Assembly: GCF_004010195.1 (NCBI RefSeq)
Contig: NC_057718.1
Location: 803,608-840,577, forward strand
Reading direction: 5' to 3'
Origin: Chiloscyllium plagiosum
Lineage: Eukaryota
DNA: 36,970 nucleotides
This document shows positions 1 to 10,222 of the stretch, piece after piece (the stretch's first letter is position 1; every line of letters starts with the position of its first letter). The position numbers and the translations under genes were made by a program. The notes under the pieces are model-generated. The model worked only from the letters and a program-made list of their open reading frames with translations, was not told the DNA's origin and did no database searches.

Positions 1-18
1 CCCTGCCTTTGCCGCCCC

Positions 19-77
19 CTCTCTGCCTCTCTCTCTCTGTCTCGTTCTCTCTCTCTCTCTCTCTCTGTGACTCTCTC
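19..77. repeat. (CT)n microsatellite, imperfect
   Basis: Direct reading of ctct runs. Confidence 0.85.
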
Positions 78-206
78 ACACTCAGGCTGTGTATCCTGGT
101 AACTGTGTGTAGCACCCAGGCCTGGATGATGTGGCGATTTATTAACTTCCAACTGCGACGATGGAGAGAGTTTCAAGCAGAGCAGGCATCTCGTAGGAAG
201 ATTGTA

Positions 207-220
207 GGCGCCATGGCAAC
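207..220. promoter_or_regulatory. RFX X-box-like site
   Basis: GGCGCCATGGCAAC has a perfect GGCAAC half-site versus consensus GTTGCCATGGCAAC and sits in a locally CpG-rich patch. Confidence 0.45.
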
Positions 221-527
221 GCGAGGCCGGGTCCTCCGCAGGGAACCAGGTCAGTTTGTGGCTGTGGGAGGTTGAGGGGGGAGCTGAGGCAGGTGTGGGT
301 CTGATGGGTTTGTGGGATCACGGCTCAGGTGGGGGTCAGGGAGTTCTGGTTTGGAGTCGGTGAAGGTCAAATGGAACTCAACCTGAGTGTGGGAATGTCG
401 GGGAATGGGTTGCAGTTTTGGGGTCAGCTGGGGTTCAACGGTCAGAATGGGAGTGTGAGGGTTTGGGTGAGGATTGGGGTCAGGGCTCCATGGTCTCTCA
501 GTAACTTCTCCTCTTTCTTTCTCCCAG

Positions 528-541
528 GTCACCATGACAAC
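528..541. promoter_or_regulatory. RFX X-box
   Basis: GTCACCATGACAAC fits the GTHNYY-AT-RRNAAC X-box consensus. Confidence 0.55.
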
Positions 542-1524
542 GGTTTGATCAAATCAGAGAATGGCACATCACCTCGGACTCGAAAATCCAAATCACCCTA
601 AACTCGGCCAGTCAGGGCTGGGAGTCTTTCTGATCACATCACCCCTGCCCCAGGGGGATCAAACTTGGACCTTCAATAATTGTTTCTCATTCACCATTCT
701 TCCCTGAAGCACAGCCCCACCCTCCACTTATTGTGTCCATTTTCCAGTCAGCGCCTCAGTAAACCACGCCCTCCACATTTTATCCAAATCTCTCCCATTT
801 TCCAAATCCTTCCCAGGATCAAAGCATAACTTCATTTCACCATCCCCAATCCATGCCCAATCCTAACTCTTATCCACACACTGGATGAGATCAGTTCAGT
901 GGGTGTAGATTTGGAGATAAAGCCCTGTCCCCTCCCTGCCTCAGAGTGTGGACCACAGCACCATCTTTTTGGCTGATTGGATTAACATGGGTCTCTTTAC
1001 ATGTAAAGTGCATCTGGATATGTGTCAGCATGTACCTCAGCAACTGCCAGTGGTCCTTGGAGGCTCTGTCAGACCCAGAACAGTGTCTCCCAGTGCCCAG
1101 AGTAAGATTTCACAGTGCCCAGAGCTGGGATGAGCCTACCTGATGTCCAGTGTTTATCTGCTGTACTTACAGCTCCCCATGAGCAGCAGTGATTGATGGA
1201 TGACTGCAAATATCAACACCGTGATCCTTACTGTCCTCGCTGTAGGGTGACAGTCGTGTAAGTCTGACTGTAAATAAACATGCAAATTCAACAAGATATC
1301 TTTTTGTGTTCTGTTAATCTTTGAACTTTGTACCTTACACGTTGTGGGAAGGTGTCAGTATTACTTACAGTCCCTCAAGCAGAGTCTGGGAGCCCTGCAG
1401 TGGGCAGATCAGTTGTCTGACAGTTTTGAGAGGAGGGTGCTGTGTTAGTTAAACCACACTGGAGCTGAGATGTACCACTCACTGAAGGATAATCACAGAC
1501 TGCTGGAAGTGTTTCAAATATTAC

Positions 1525-1530
1525 TTTATT
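1525..1530 (-). terminator. Candidate polyadenylation signal of the EFHC1-like gene
   Basis: tttatt on plus = AATAAA on minus, downstream of the TAG at 1636-1638. Confidence 0.6.
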
Positions 1531-1635
1531 CAGTTTGCATTATGTTCCCAATTACAAAGATCATTGTTCCACTTTTGACATCAACAGTTATAATCCCCTA
1601 TATGTATTTTGATCTTGGAGTCCCATGGGAGCACA

Positions 1636-1957
1636 CTAAGGTGTACGGATATCTCCCTGGGACGGTGGTGGGCAGATATCTCTCTGGTGTTGAGGTGTAC
1701 GGATATCTGCCTGGTTCTGAGGTGGGCAGATACCTGCTTGATATTGAGGTGCACTGATATCTGCTTGGTTCTGAGGTATGCGGATATCTCCCTGGGATGC
1801 TGGTGGGCAGATATCTCTATGGTATTGAGGTGTACGGATATCTCCCTGGTTCTGTGGTGGGCAGATACCTGCTTGATATTGAGGTGTACGGATATCTCCC
1901 TGGTTCTGTGGTGGGCAGATATCTTTCTTGTACTGAAGTGTGCGGTTATCTCCCTGG
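1636..1957 (-). repeat. Coding minisatellite: 27-bp subunit, 54-bp higher-order unit, about 12 subunits
   Basis: Plus-strand unit gaggtgtacggatatctccctggttctgtggtgggcagatacctgcttgatatt; the peptide alternates QGDIRTPQY / QAGICPPQN. Confidence 0.92.
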
Positions 1958-2074
1958 GATTGTGCTTTTGATGGTCTCTTGTCAAGAAATTGCCAACATT
2001 CTGATGGCATCGTTACACAGTCCTCGCTGCTCATCTCAGCAGGAGCAAGCTCTGGATCACCAAATGACATAGAG
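1636..2074 (-). CDS. EFHC1: Putative terminal coding exon of the EFHC1-like gene encoding a tandem-repeat tail (145 aa)
   Basis: Strong acceptor (ttttgtttttgttctccAG|C). The phase-2 join with the previous exon (CG|C = Arg) enters the open frame SMSFGDPEL...QGDIRTP-stop. AATAAA lies about 105 nt past the stop. Confidence 0.7.
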
Positions 2075-2149
2075 CTGGAGAACAAAAACAAAATTACAAA
2101 GGAAAAAATGAAACCAGAGCAGGAGTCAGTTTTTCATCCTCTTCAGTTT

Positions 2150-3070
2150 GTGTCACCACAATGCCAGTTCCCATACTATCCCCATATCCCTTGATATCTT
2201 CAATATCTATTGATCTTTGACTTGAATCTACTCAGTGATTGAGCCATCACAGACCCCTGAGGTAGAGATATACCAAATTCAAAGTGAAGACAATCTTCCT
2301 TATCCCAGTCCTCAATGGTTCCCCTCTTATTTTGAGACTGTGCAGTGATAACCTGGGACTTCGATGTTGTGGCATCACAGACCCCTGAGGTAGAGATATA
2401 CCAAATTCAAAGTGAAGACAATCTTCCTTATCCCAGTCCTCAATGGTTCCTCTCTTATTTTGAGACTGTGCAGTGATAATTAAACCTCTTGTGTAGGACC
2501 TTATCAAATCTTGCTGAATTTTAAACTGACATTTCCACCATTTCCCCTCTATCTATTCTCCTGATTAGATATTCACAAAACCCCCAACTGGTTTATTAAA
2601 CAAGATTTCCCTTTCACCAATCCAGAATGACTCTGCCTAATCCTATCATCGTTTTCTCAGTGTTTAATGATACAATTCTTTATCAGTGATTCCAGCATTT
2701 CCCTATCATTGATGTCAGACTGATGAGTCAGTAGTTGTCCATTTTCTATTTTTTTTAAATAGTGTAGTTCATTTGGCATCTTCCAATCTGCAGGAGCCAA
2801 GCAGATTCTGTAGGGTTCTGAAAAGTGAGCCCTCTCTGGGATGTAAATCATTGGGTCCAGGGGATTTATCTCTTTAAAGTCCCATTACTTTCCAAAATAC
2901 TATTCTTTTTACTGTCACTAATATATTTCACTTTGTAATTCTTACTCATCCTGTGGCTCTCACGTATTCCCAGGAGTTTCTTTCTCAGATTAAAATGAAT
3001 AACTTTGTTTCTCTGTCATTCCCTTTCCCCCCATGGTATGTTTTGCTATCCCTGCTTATATTGCATCCAT
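2150..3070 (-). mobile_element. Old, degenerate CR1-type LINE remnants
   Basis: Reverse strand resembles CR1 3' end and RT-region sequence seen elsewhere in the window; many stops. Boundaries approximate. Confidence 0.55.
2245..2479. repeat. Local direct duplication, 107 bp x2 (2245-2351, 2373-2479)
   Basis: catcacagacccctgagg...gtgcagtgataa repeated with about 1 mismatch and a 21-bp spacer. Confidence 0.9.
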
Positions 3071-3104
3071 TTTTGTTCTTTCTAATTTTTTTTACAAACC
3101 AATA

Positions 3105-4180
3105 GCTGAAAGTGTTGGAGAAATTAGTCCGATCTGGAGAGAAAGCAGAATGAACATTTTGTGTCTTGTCCTTCTGAACTGATAACTATTATGACAAGGT
3201 GGTATATACGCTGACGAGACTGATGGAGGTGGAGCCCACTGAGAGAGAGCAACAGTTAGGAGGGAAAGGGATGGCTACTGGTAAGCCAGGGAGAAAGAAA
3301 AGATGATAATGGGAACCATGAGTAGGTGAAAATGGGTGGGCTGTGCTGAAAGAAGCCCATGTCATGACAAGGCCTGATGTGTTGGGATGGGTAAAGGACC
3401 TGAAAGGAGGTGCTCGGGTTCTGAAATTATCGAACTCGATATTGAGTGCGGAGGGCTGCAGGGTCCCCGAGGGGAAGGTGAGGTGCTGTTCTTCCAGCTT
3501 GTGCTGAGCTTCACTGGAGCACTGCAGCCAGCCTGAGACAGAGATGTTGGCCGGGAAACAGGGTGGGGGGGTTACAGTGACAGGGAACTGGAAGCTCAGG
3601 GTCTGTTTTAGAGTCAGAGAGTCTTAGAGATATACAACATGGAAACAGACCCTTCCTTTGCTCCCCCCAGTGTAGGGGAGACCACATTGTGAGCAGCGAG
3701 TGCAGTCGACTAGATTGTGGGAAGGGCTGGGAAAGTGCTGCTTCACCTGGAAGGTGTGTGAAACATTGGATAGTGAGATGGGAGGAAGTATAAAGGCAGG
3801 TGTATCTTCTGTGATTGCAGGACAAAGTGCCATTTGGCTGTGAGGATGTGGTGGTGATGGTGTTGGGAGTGGACCAGGGTGTCATGGAGGAAATGCTAAC
3901 AAGGGAGGGCAATATTTACCTGGTTATGGCATTCTGCTCAGAAATGGCAGCTTATGGTCCTTTAAACGTAGATGCTGCCAGAGTGGAATATGAGGACGGC
4001 GGGGGACCCTACCAGTGTTGTTGGAGGGAAGAGAAGTGCAGGAGGTGGGTCAGACGTGGCGAATGGCCCTGTCGAACAAGGTAGCAGGGAATCCTCAGTT
4101 GAGGAAAAAGTGGACATTTTTGAGAATCCCCTGTGGAATGTGGCATCCAAAACACATGAGATGCAGCTGGAGAAACTAGG
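3105..4180 (-). mobile_element. Penelope-like element 3' part (decayed GIY-YIG endonuclease region and terminal repeat)
   Basis: Minus-strand HNLVDCTRCSQCGLPYTG resembles the PLE motif YCIRCS.CG..YIGET. Shares sequence with the PLEs at 27130-27990 and 6322-6616. Confidence 0.7.
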
Positions 4181-4275
4181 AGAAGGGACTGGAATAGCTT
4201 TTGGATCTGCTTTTATATTTCTTTCCTTTAATCTTTTCACTTAAATCGAGCAGTTAGACTTTGACCACAGAGACA

Positions 4276-4311
4276 GTTAACGTTTCAGGTTCAGTAACCC
4301 TTCTTCAGAAC
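4276..4311 (-). ncRNA. Minimal type I hammerhead ribozyme motif (PLE-type)
   Basis: gtt-CTGAAGA-a-gggtt-actg-aacct-GAA-ACGT-T-aac: intact core, stem I gtt/aac, stem II of 5 bp, palindromic ACGT stem III. Confidence 0.65.
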
Positions 4312-4623
4312 CCATTTATTGCCAGTAGAATCTTGGGGGTTATTATATTCCAAGCTTAGCAATGGAGCTCAGCCTGCAGGCCAGCTGTGTCTGTCTGTGA
4401 GAATTCCTGAGTGCTAGTTACCAGCTAACCAGTCTCGTTCTGTCAAGGAAATAGGTCAGTTCAGGTTGTTTAGACACAGTGAGTGGAGTCAGTGCATTGA
4501 GCTGATTTGATTGAGGTCAGGTTCCTAATTTGGTGAAAGGGCTGTTGCTGAAGCTGCCAGGGCTATATGTCAGAGTCTACACGATAAAATTAAATTGGAA
4601 ATGAAAACAAAGGGATGACTGAC

Positions 4624-4822
4624 CGAGCTTTCTGATCCATCTCCTGTTGAGTCTTGGGGAGGGACTCTTGGACCAGAGACGCCTGGACCATTTGAGCCTT
4701 CCTTTCCTGAGCTTTCTGCTGAAATGAGTCGAGAACTTCACTCGGAAATTCTGCAGCATTCGCTTGCAGGTATTTGTGAACATATTCATCAGCGTCAGTG
4801 ATGATGAAACGGCAACCGAGCA
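4624..4822 (-). CDS. EFHC1: EFHC1-like exon (end of DM10-3 plus tail), 199 nt
   Basis: VLGCRFIITDADEYVHKYLQANAAEFPSEVLDSF... resembles EFHC1 [23 protein letters not shown]. Acceptor polyT-ctccAG, donor CG|GTcagt; phase 1/2. Confidence 0.9.
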
Positions 4823-5189
4823 CTGGAGAAAAAAAAAGGTGAGCAAGGCTGTTGGCACTGACTGAGGCAAAGGAGAAACCATGGATCTGAGATTGAACTG
4901 TAGCCCTGGGAGTATTACATACACAACATAACACACAAGATACAGCACAGAAACAAGCTGTTCAAACAGCTAATCTGTATCGATTTTTAAGCCCCAGTCG
5001 ACTCTTCTCCCATCTTTCCTCATTTAAATACCAACATATCTCTCTACTCCGTTCTCTCTCATCTGTCTCTCCCTTAATGCATCTATACTATGCACTTCAA
5101 TTAAACCCCGGGGGAGCATGTTACACATCGTCAAACATACATTTGTCACAAAACTGGTCCCTTTTTTCTAAAAGCTGTCTCCTTTTTGA

Positions 5190-6616
5190 TGTAGGTTTGC
5201 TCGCTGAGCTGGAAGGTTGGAGGATGGGAGGAGGTGTAATCTAGGTAGCTGTGGGAGTTGGTCGGTTTATAGTAAATGTCCGTGTTGATTCGGTCGCCCG
5301 AGATAGAAATTCGACTGACTGAACTGGTCCTTACCCTGAACAACTCTTTCCAATCCTCCCACTTCCTCCAAACCAAAGGAGTAGCCATGGGCACCCGCAT
5401 GGGCCCCAGCTATGCCTGCCTCTTCGTAGGATATGTGGAACAGTCCATCTTCCACAGCTACACTGGCCCCACCCCCCACCTTTTCCTCCGCTACATCGAT
5501 AACTGTATCTGGGCCGCCTCGTGCTCCCACGAGGAGGTTGAACAGTTCATCCACTTTACCAACACCTTCTACCCCGACCTCAAATTCACCTGGACCGTCT
5601 CAGATTCCTCCCTCCCCTTCCTAGACCTTTCCATTTCTATCTCGGGTGACCAAATTGACACGGACATTTACTATAAACCGACCNNNNNNNNNNNNNNNNN
5701 NNNNNNNNNNNNNNNNNNNNNNNNNNNNNNNNNNNNNNNNNNNNNNNNNNNNNNNNNNNNNNNNNNNNNNNNNNNNNNNNNNNNNNNNNNNNNNNNNNNN
5801 NNNNNNNNNNNNNNNNNNNNNNNNNNNNNNNNNNNNNNNNNNNNNNNNNNNNNNNNNNNNNNNNNNNNNNNNNNNNNNNNNNNNNNNNNNNNNNNNNNNN
5901 NNNNNNNNNNNNNNNNNNNNNNNNNNNNNNNNNNNNNNNNNNNNNNNNNNNNNNNNNNNNNNNNNNNNNNNNNNNNNNNNNNNNNNNNNNNNNNNNNNNN
6001 NNNNNNNNNNNNNNNNNNNNNNNNNNNNNNNNNNNNNNNNNNNNNNNNNNNNNNNNNNNNNNNNNNNNNNNNNNNNNNNNNNNNNNNNNNNNNNNNNNNN
6101 NNNNNNNNNNNNNNNNNNNNNNNNNNNNNNNNNNNNNNNNNNNNNNNNNNNNNNNNNNNNNNNNNNNNNNNNNNNNNNNNNNNNNNNNNNNNNNNNNNNN
6201 NNNNNNNNNNNNNNNNNNNNNNNNNNNNNNNNNNNNNNNNNNNNNNNNNNNNNNNNNNNNNNNNNNNNNNNNNNNNNNNNNNNNNNNNNNNNNNNNNNNN
6301 NNNNNNNNNNNNNNNNNNNNNACCTTGTCTCAGTCCCAACCCTCGAACTCAGCACCACCTTCCTAACCTGCAATCTTCTTCCTGACCTCTCCGCCCCCAC
6401 CCCTCTCCGGCCTATCACCCTCACCTTAACCTCGTTCCACCTATCGCATTCCCAACGCCCCTCCCCCCAAGTCTCTCCTCCCTACCTTTTATCTTAGCCT
6501 GCTTGGCACACTTTCCTCATTCCTGAAGAAGGGTTTATGCCTGAAACATTGATTATCCTGCTCCTTGGATGCTGCCTGACCTGCTGCGCTTTTCCAGCAA
6601 CACTTTTTCAGCTCTG
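5190..6616 (+). mobile_element. Penelope-like element (RT fragment, gap, 3' terminal repeat) with an inverted 5' segment, nested in the Gypsy element
   Basis: QTKGVAMGTRMGPSYACLF, FLRYIDN, FLDL, TDIYYKPT are PLE RT motifs. The 3' end has a hammerhead-like core at 6520-6553. Spans the gap at 5684-6321. Confidence 0.85.
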
Positions 6617-7142
6617 AAACAAAATTTGCTCAATCAAGTAAAAAGAGGCTAGAGAGTCCAGAGAAGAGTGGAAATTTTGAGGTAGGCGTACTGGACAAAG
6701 TCTCAGCTCCAGGAATACAATTTGGCCTTGCAAATGATACAGCTGATTCACTGGTATATGTACTGCCTACTTTAGTTGAAAAGCCAGTAGAGACGCTGGC
6801 AACTGAAGATTGTGTGATCACAAGATCACAGAGGCACAAGCTGAAGCAGGAGAGACCAAAAGGCCCAGCTAAGGAATACGACCTAGCTCGATGGGACTTT
6901 TTTTTTATCAGATAAATGGAACAGAGCAGGAGCAAATAGGTAAGCATGCAAGTATCTTTAAGCTGATCGAGTTACAGCAGAAAAATGAGAACTTAAACCA
7001 GTTATATCAAAAGACATATACAGTGAAAGAAAGTGAATGTATCCATGTGTGTTACAACTTAACAAATGATGTCTTAATGAGGAAATGGAGACCATCACAC
7101 ATTTAAGTAAGTGAGAAATGGGCAGAGCTTCTTCAAATTGTT

Positions 7143-8160
7143 TTGCCTGTTGGGTATAGAAAGGAGGTGCTGCGAGTGGCCGATGAGCTACCACCTGGAG
7201 GTCATTCAGGGGTGAGGAAAACACGGCTAAAATACAAAGACATTATTACTGGCCTGGCCTACACAAAGATTTTTCCAAACATGTCATACATGTCAGCTAA
7301 TTGGAAAACTACCGGCATAATAAAACCTGCACTTTTATTCCCTATTCCAACATTTGAGGAACCTTTCACAAGTCTTGATTGATTGTGTAGATCCTCTACC
7401 TCAAACAAAAAGTGGGAATGAGTAATTATTAACTGTAATGGATATGTCGACTAGATTTCCAGAGACAATCCCATTACACAATATCATAGCTAAAAGGGTT
7501 GTAGAAGAAATACTTAAATTTTTTTTTGATACAGACTGCTAATAGAGATCTAGTCAGATCGAGGATCAAACTTCACATCCAAATTATTCAAGGTAGTTGT
7601 GGATAAGTTGGGAATGTGTACCATCCAGTATCGCAGGGGGCTAGAGAGGTGGCATCAAACATTAAAGACCATGCTGAGGGCTTATGGTCAGGATTATCCA
7701 GATGACTGGGATAAGGAAGTTCTGTTTGTACTGTCTGCGATCAGAGATGCACCGAATGAATCGACCAAATTCAGTCCGTTTGAATTAATTTTTGGGCATG
7801 AAGTAAGAGGATCGTTAAGATTGAGTAAGGAGAAATTAATAAATCAGAATTCACAGACCATCTATGTGGACTATGTGTCAAATTTTAGAGAACAATTAAA
7901 TAGAGCTGGAGGGTTAGCTAGGCAGCATTTAAAAGTATCACAGCATACAATGAAACAGGAAGCAGATAAAAAATCAAAAATTCACAATTTTGCAATTGGG
8001 AATGAGGTATAGATGTTACTTCCAGTGACAGGTTAACCTAAAAAGCAAGGTTTAGTGGATCTTGTCAAATTGGGAAGACATTGAGTGAGGTGAACTACCT
8101 CATCAGGACTCCAGTCAGGAAGAAATCTCACAAAGTGTGTGTCATGTGAATATGCTGGAA
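7143..8160 (+). pseudogene. Integrase remnant of the Gmr1-type element
   Basis: GGHSGVRKT, DCVDPLP..KSGN, MDMSTRFPE, SDRGSNFTS, GLERWHQTLKTML, FSPFELIFGHEVRG; stops and frameshifts. Confidence 0.88.
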
Positions 8161-8399
8161 AGGTATTTTGATAGGGAAGGAAAGCAAGAGGAGAAGGTGT
8201 CAATGATTACAGCACAGAAGTAAGAACCATGTTCAGAGGAATCTGAATTGGACATTCCTCAGATCAGATTGGACAATGAGGAAGTTGTCAAAAATTGGGA
8301 TAAATTATTGAGTTACCTTCCACAAGAAAATCAAAATGACCTGAAAGAGTTATTACTATCACATGGGGCAATATGTGGAAATAAACTGGGAAGTATTAA

Positions 8400-9677
8400 C
8401 CTAATTGTGCATGACGTAGAGATAGGAGATGCTGTTCTGATTAAGCAACATCCTCATAGCTATAACCCTCTAAAGTTGGCACAGGTTCAGAAGGAGTCAG
8501 AGTGCATGCTCCAAGATGGCATAATCAAAGTGAGTTACAGTGACTGGAGCTCACCCAGAGTCATGGTGCCAAAGCCAGATGGTACCCAATGGTTAGTTGT
8601 GGTCTATCGCAAAGTCAACACCGTTACAAAGACTGATGCATATCCAATTCCATGGTTGGAGGATTAGCTCAAAAAAGTGGGATAAGCAACTTACATTTCT
8701 AAGTTATACTTGCTCAGAGGCTAATGGCACATACCTCTGTCAGAGAGAGCAAAGGCAATTTCAGCTTTTGTAAAGCCAAATGACTTTATCAGATCATGAT
8801 TGTGCCATTTGGAATGAAAAATGCTCCAGCCACATTTCAGAGACTGACTAATAAGGTATTGCCGGATTACCCAACTGTTGGTGTATATTGATGACCTGGT
8901 GATTTTTAGTCACTCGTGGAAGGAACATTTACAGCATTTATCAGACTTGTTCGATCGACTTTGGAACGCAAACTTGGTAAACCGAGCTAAAAGTGAATTT
9001 GCCAAAGCCCAAGTCACCTTCCTAGGCCAAGTTGATGGACATGGACAAATGGCCCCACAGGATGCAAAAATGAAAGTAAATTGGGAATTTCCCACACCGT
9101 CAACAAAAAAGCAGCACCAACATTCCTGGGGTTGAGTGGATTTTACCGAAAGGTTGTGCTGAACTTTAACAGTGTGGCTGCTCCACTCACCGAATTGTTA
9201 AAGAAGGGTAAGAAGTTTCAGTGGACAGCAGACTGTCAAAAGGCATTTGACAGCCTAAAAACTGTGTTAACCACTGCCTCAGTATTAGCCACGCTAGATT
9301 ACACAAAGGTGGCTATCAATGCCAGTGATGTGGGTGTCAGTGCAGTGCTTGTGCAGGAGGATGATGACGGGATAGAAAGACCCATCGGGTATTTTTCCAG
9401 GAAGTTGAACGTTCGTCAACAGAAATATTCAACGGTGCAAAAAGAGACTTTAAACTTGGTGTTGGCATTACAACATTTCAGTGTTTGTATTACTAGCAAT
9501 GCATCTGAGACAATCGTATACACTGATCATAACCCATTGACATTTGTGGAAGAATTTAAGGACAAAAATGCCAGACTGTTTAGATGGAGCTTGTTGTTGC
9601 AGCCGTTCAGTTTGACAATTGTGCAGGTGGCAGGTCACGAAAACGTGATTGCTGATGCATTATCGAGACACAAATGA
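8400..9677 (+). pseudogene. RT and RNase H remnant of the Gmr1-type element
   Basis: SDWSSP..MVPKPDG, YRKVN, PFGMKNAPATFQRL, YIDD; RNase H NASDVGVSAVL, TDHNPL, NVIADALSR. Confidence 0.9.
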
Positions 9678-10093
9678 GATACGGGAGCGTTCGGTTGCGG
9701 CTGTGCCATAGCCTGAATTCGCATATGGTTGTGCATGTTTGCAATTTTATCTTTAATATAGTGTATTTGTGTGTTTAGACTACTATGGGTTATTGAAGGG
9801 TTTTAAAACTGAAGCCATCTTTTGGTAATGATGGTTCATATTTTAAGGGGGGAATGTGTCACAAAGTTGATCCCTTTTTTCTAAAAGCTGTTCCTTTTCT
9901 CAAGGATTCTGTGTCCTTCGTTTCTTTAGAGGGGTCATAAAACCCTCCTGGTTCCGAGGTGACTAGTTTGGTACAGAGATGAAAAGGATATTGAGAGGCC
10001 TTTTGATTATATTTAAACAGAAAAGACTTCCGGCCAAAATGGTCATGTTTTAGAAGAGAATCATTAAAGGGGAGTGGTCACACTAGCTGAGCA

Positions 10094-10222
10094 AAAGTGA
10101 GGACTGCAGATGCTGGAAACCAGAGTTTAGGTCAGAGTGGTGCTGGAAAAGCACAGCAGGTCAGGCAGCATCTGAGGAGCAGGAAAATCGACGTTTCAGG
10201 CAAAAGCCCTTCATCAGGAACT
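10094..10222 (-). mobile_element. 129-bp Penelope-derived mini-element with an 11-bp TSD
   Basis: CTAGCTGAGCA at 10083-10093 and 10223-10233; body homologous to the PLE 3' ends at 6520-6616 and 15865-15995. Confidence 0.85.
10187..10220 (-). ncRNA. Minimal type I hammerhead ribozyme motif
   Basis: ttc-CTGATGA-a-gggc-tttt-gcct-GAA-ACGT-C-gat; GUC cleavage triplet. Confidence 0.65.

Noticed and set aside
9..275. 88-aa plus-strand ORF with a hydrophobic N-terminus
   Set aside because: The N-terminus is a translated (CT)n microsatellite with a non-ATG start; no recognisable homology.
1470..2072. Alternative ORFs across the 27-bp repeat (plus-strand frames and 1581-1985 minus)
   Set aside because: Open only because the unit is a multiple of 3. 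Only the 1636-2074 frame is tied to a splice acceptor in the right phase.
5276..6497. Long ORFs spanning N runs (also 23940-25285 and 33135-33796)
   Set aside because: Artefacts of assembly gaps at 5684-6321, 24245-24931 and 33225-33724.
7143..9677. Ty1/copia or retrovirus assignment based on domain order
   Set aside because: RT and RNase H motifs are Gypsy-type, and no env is seen.
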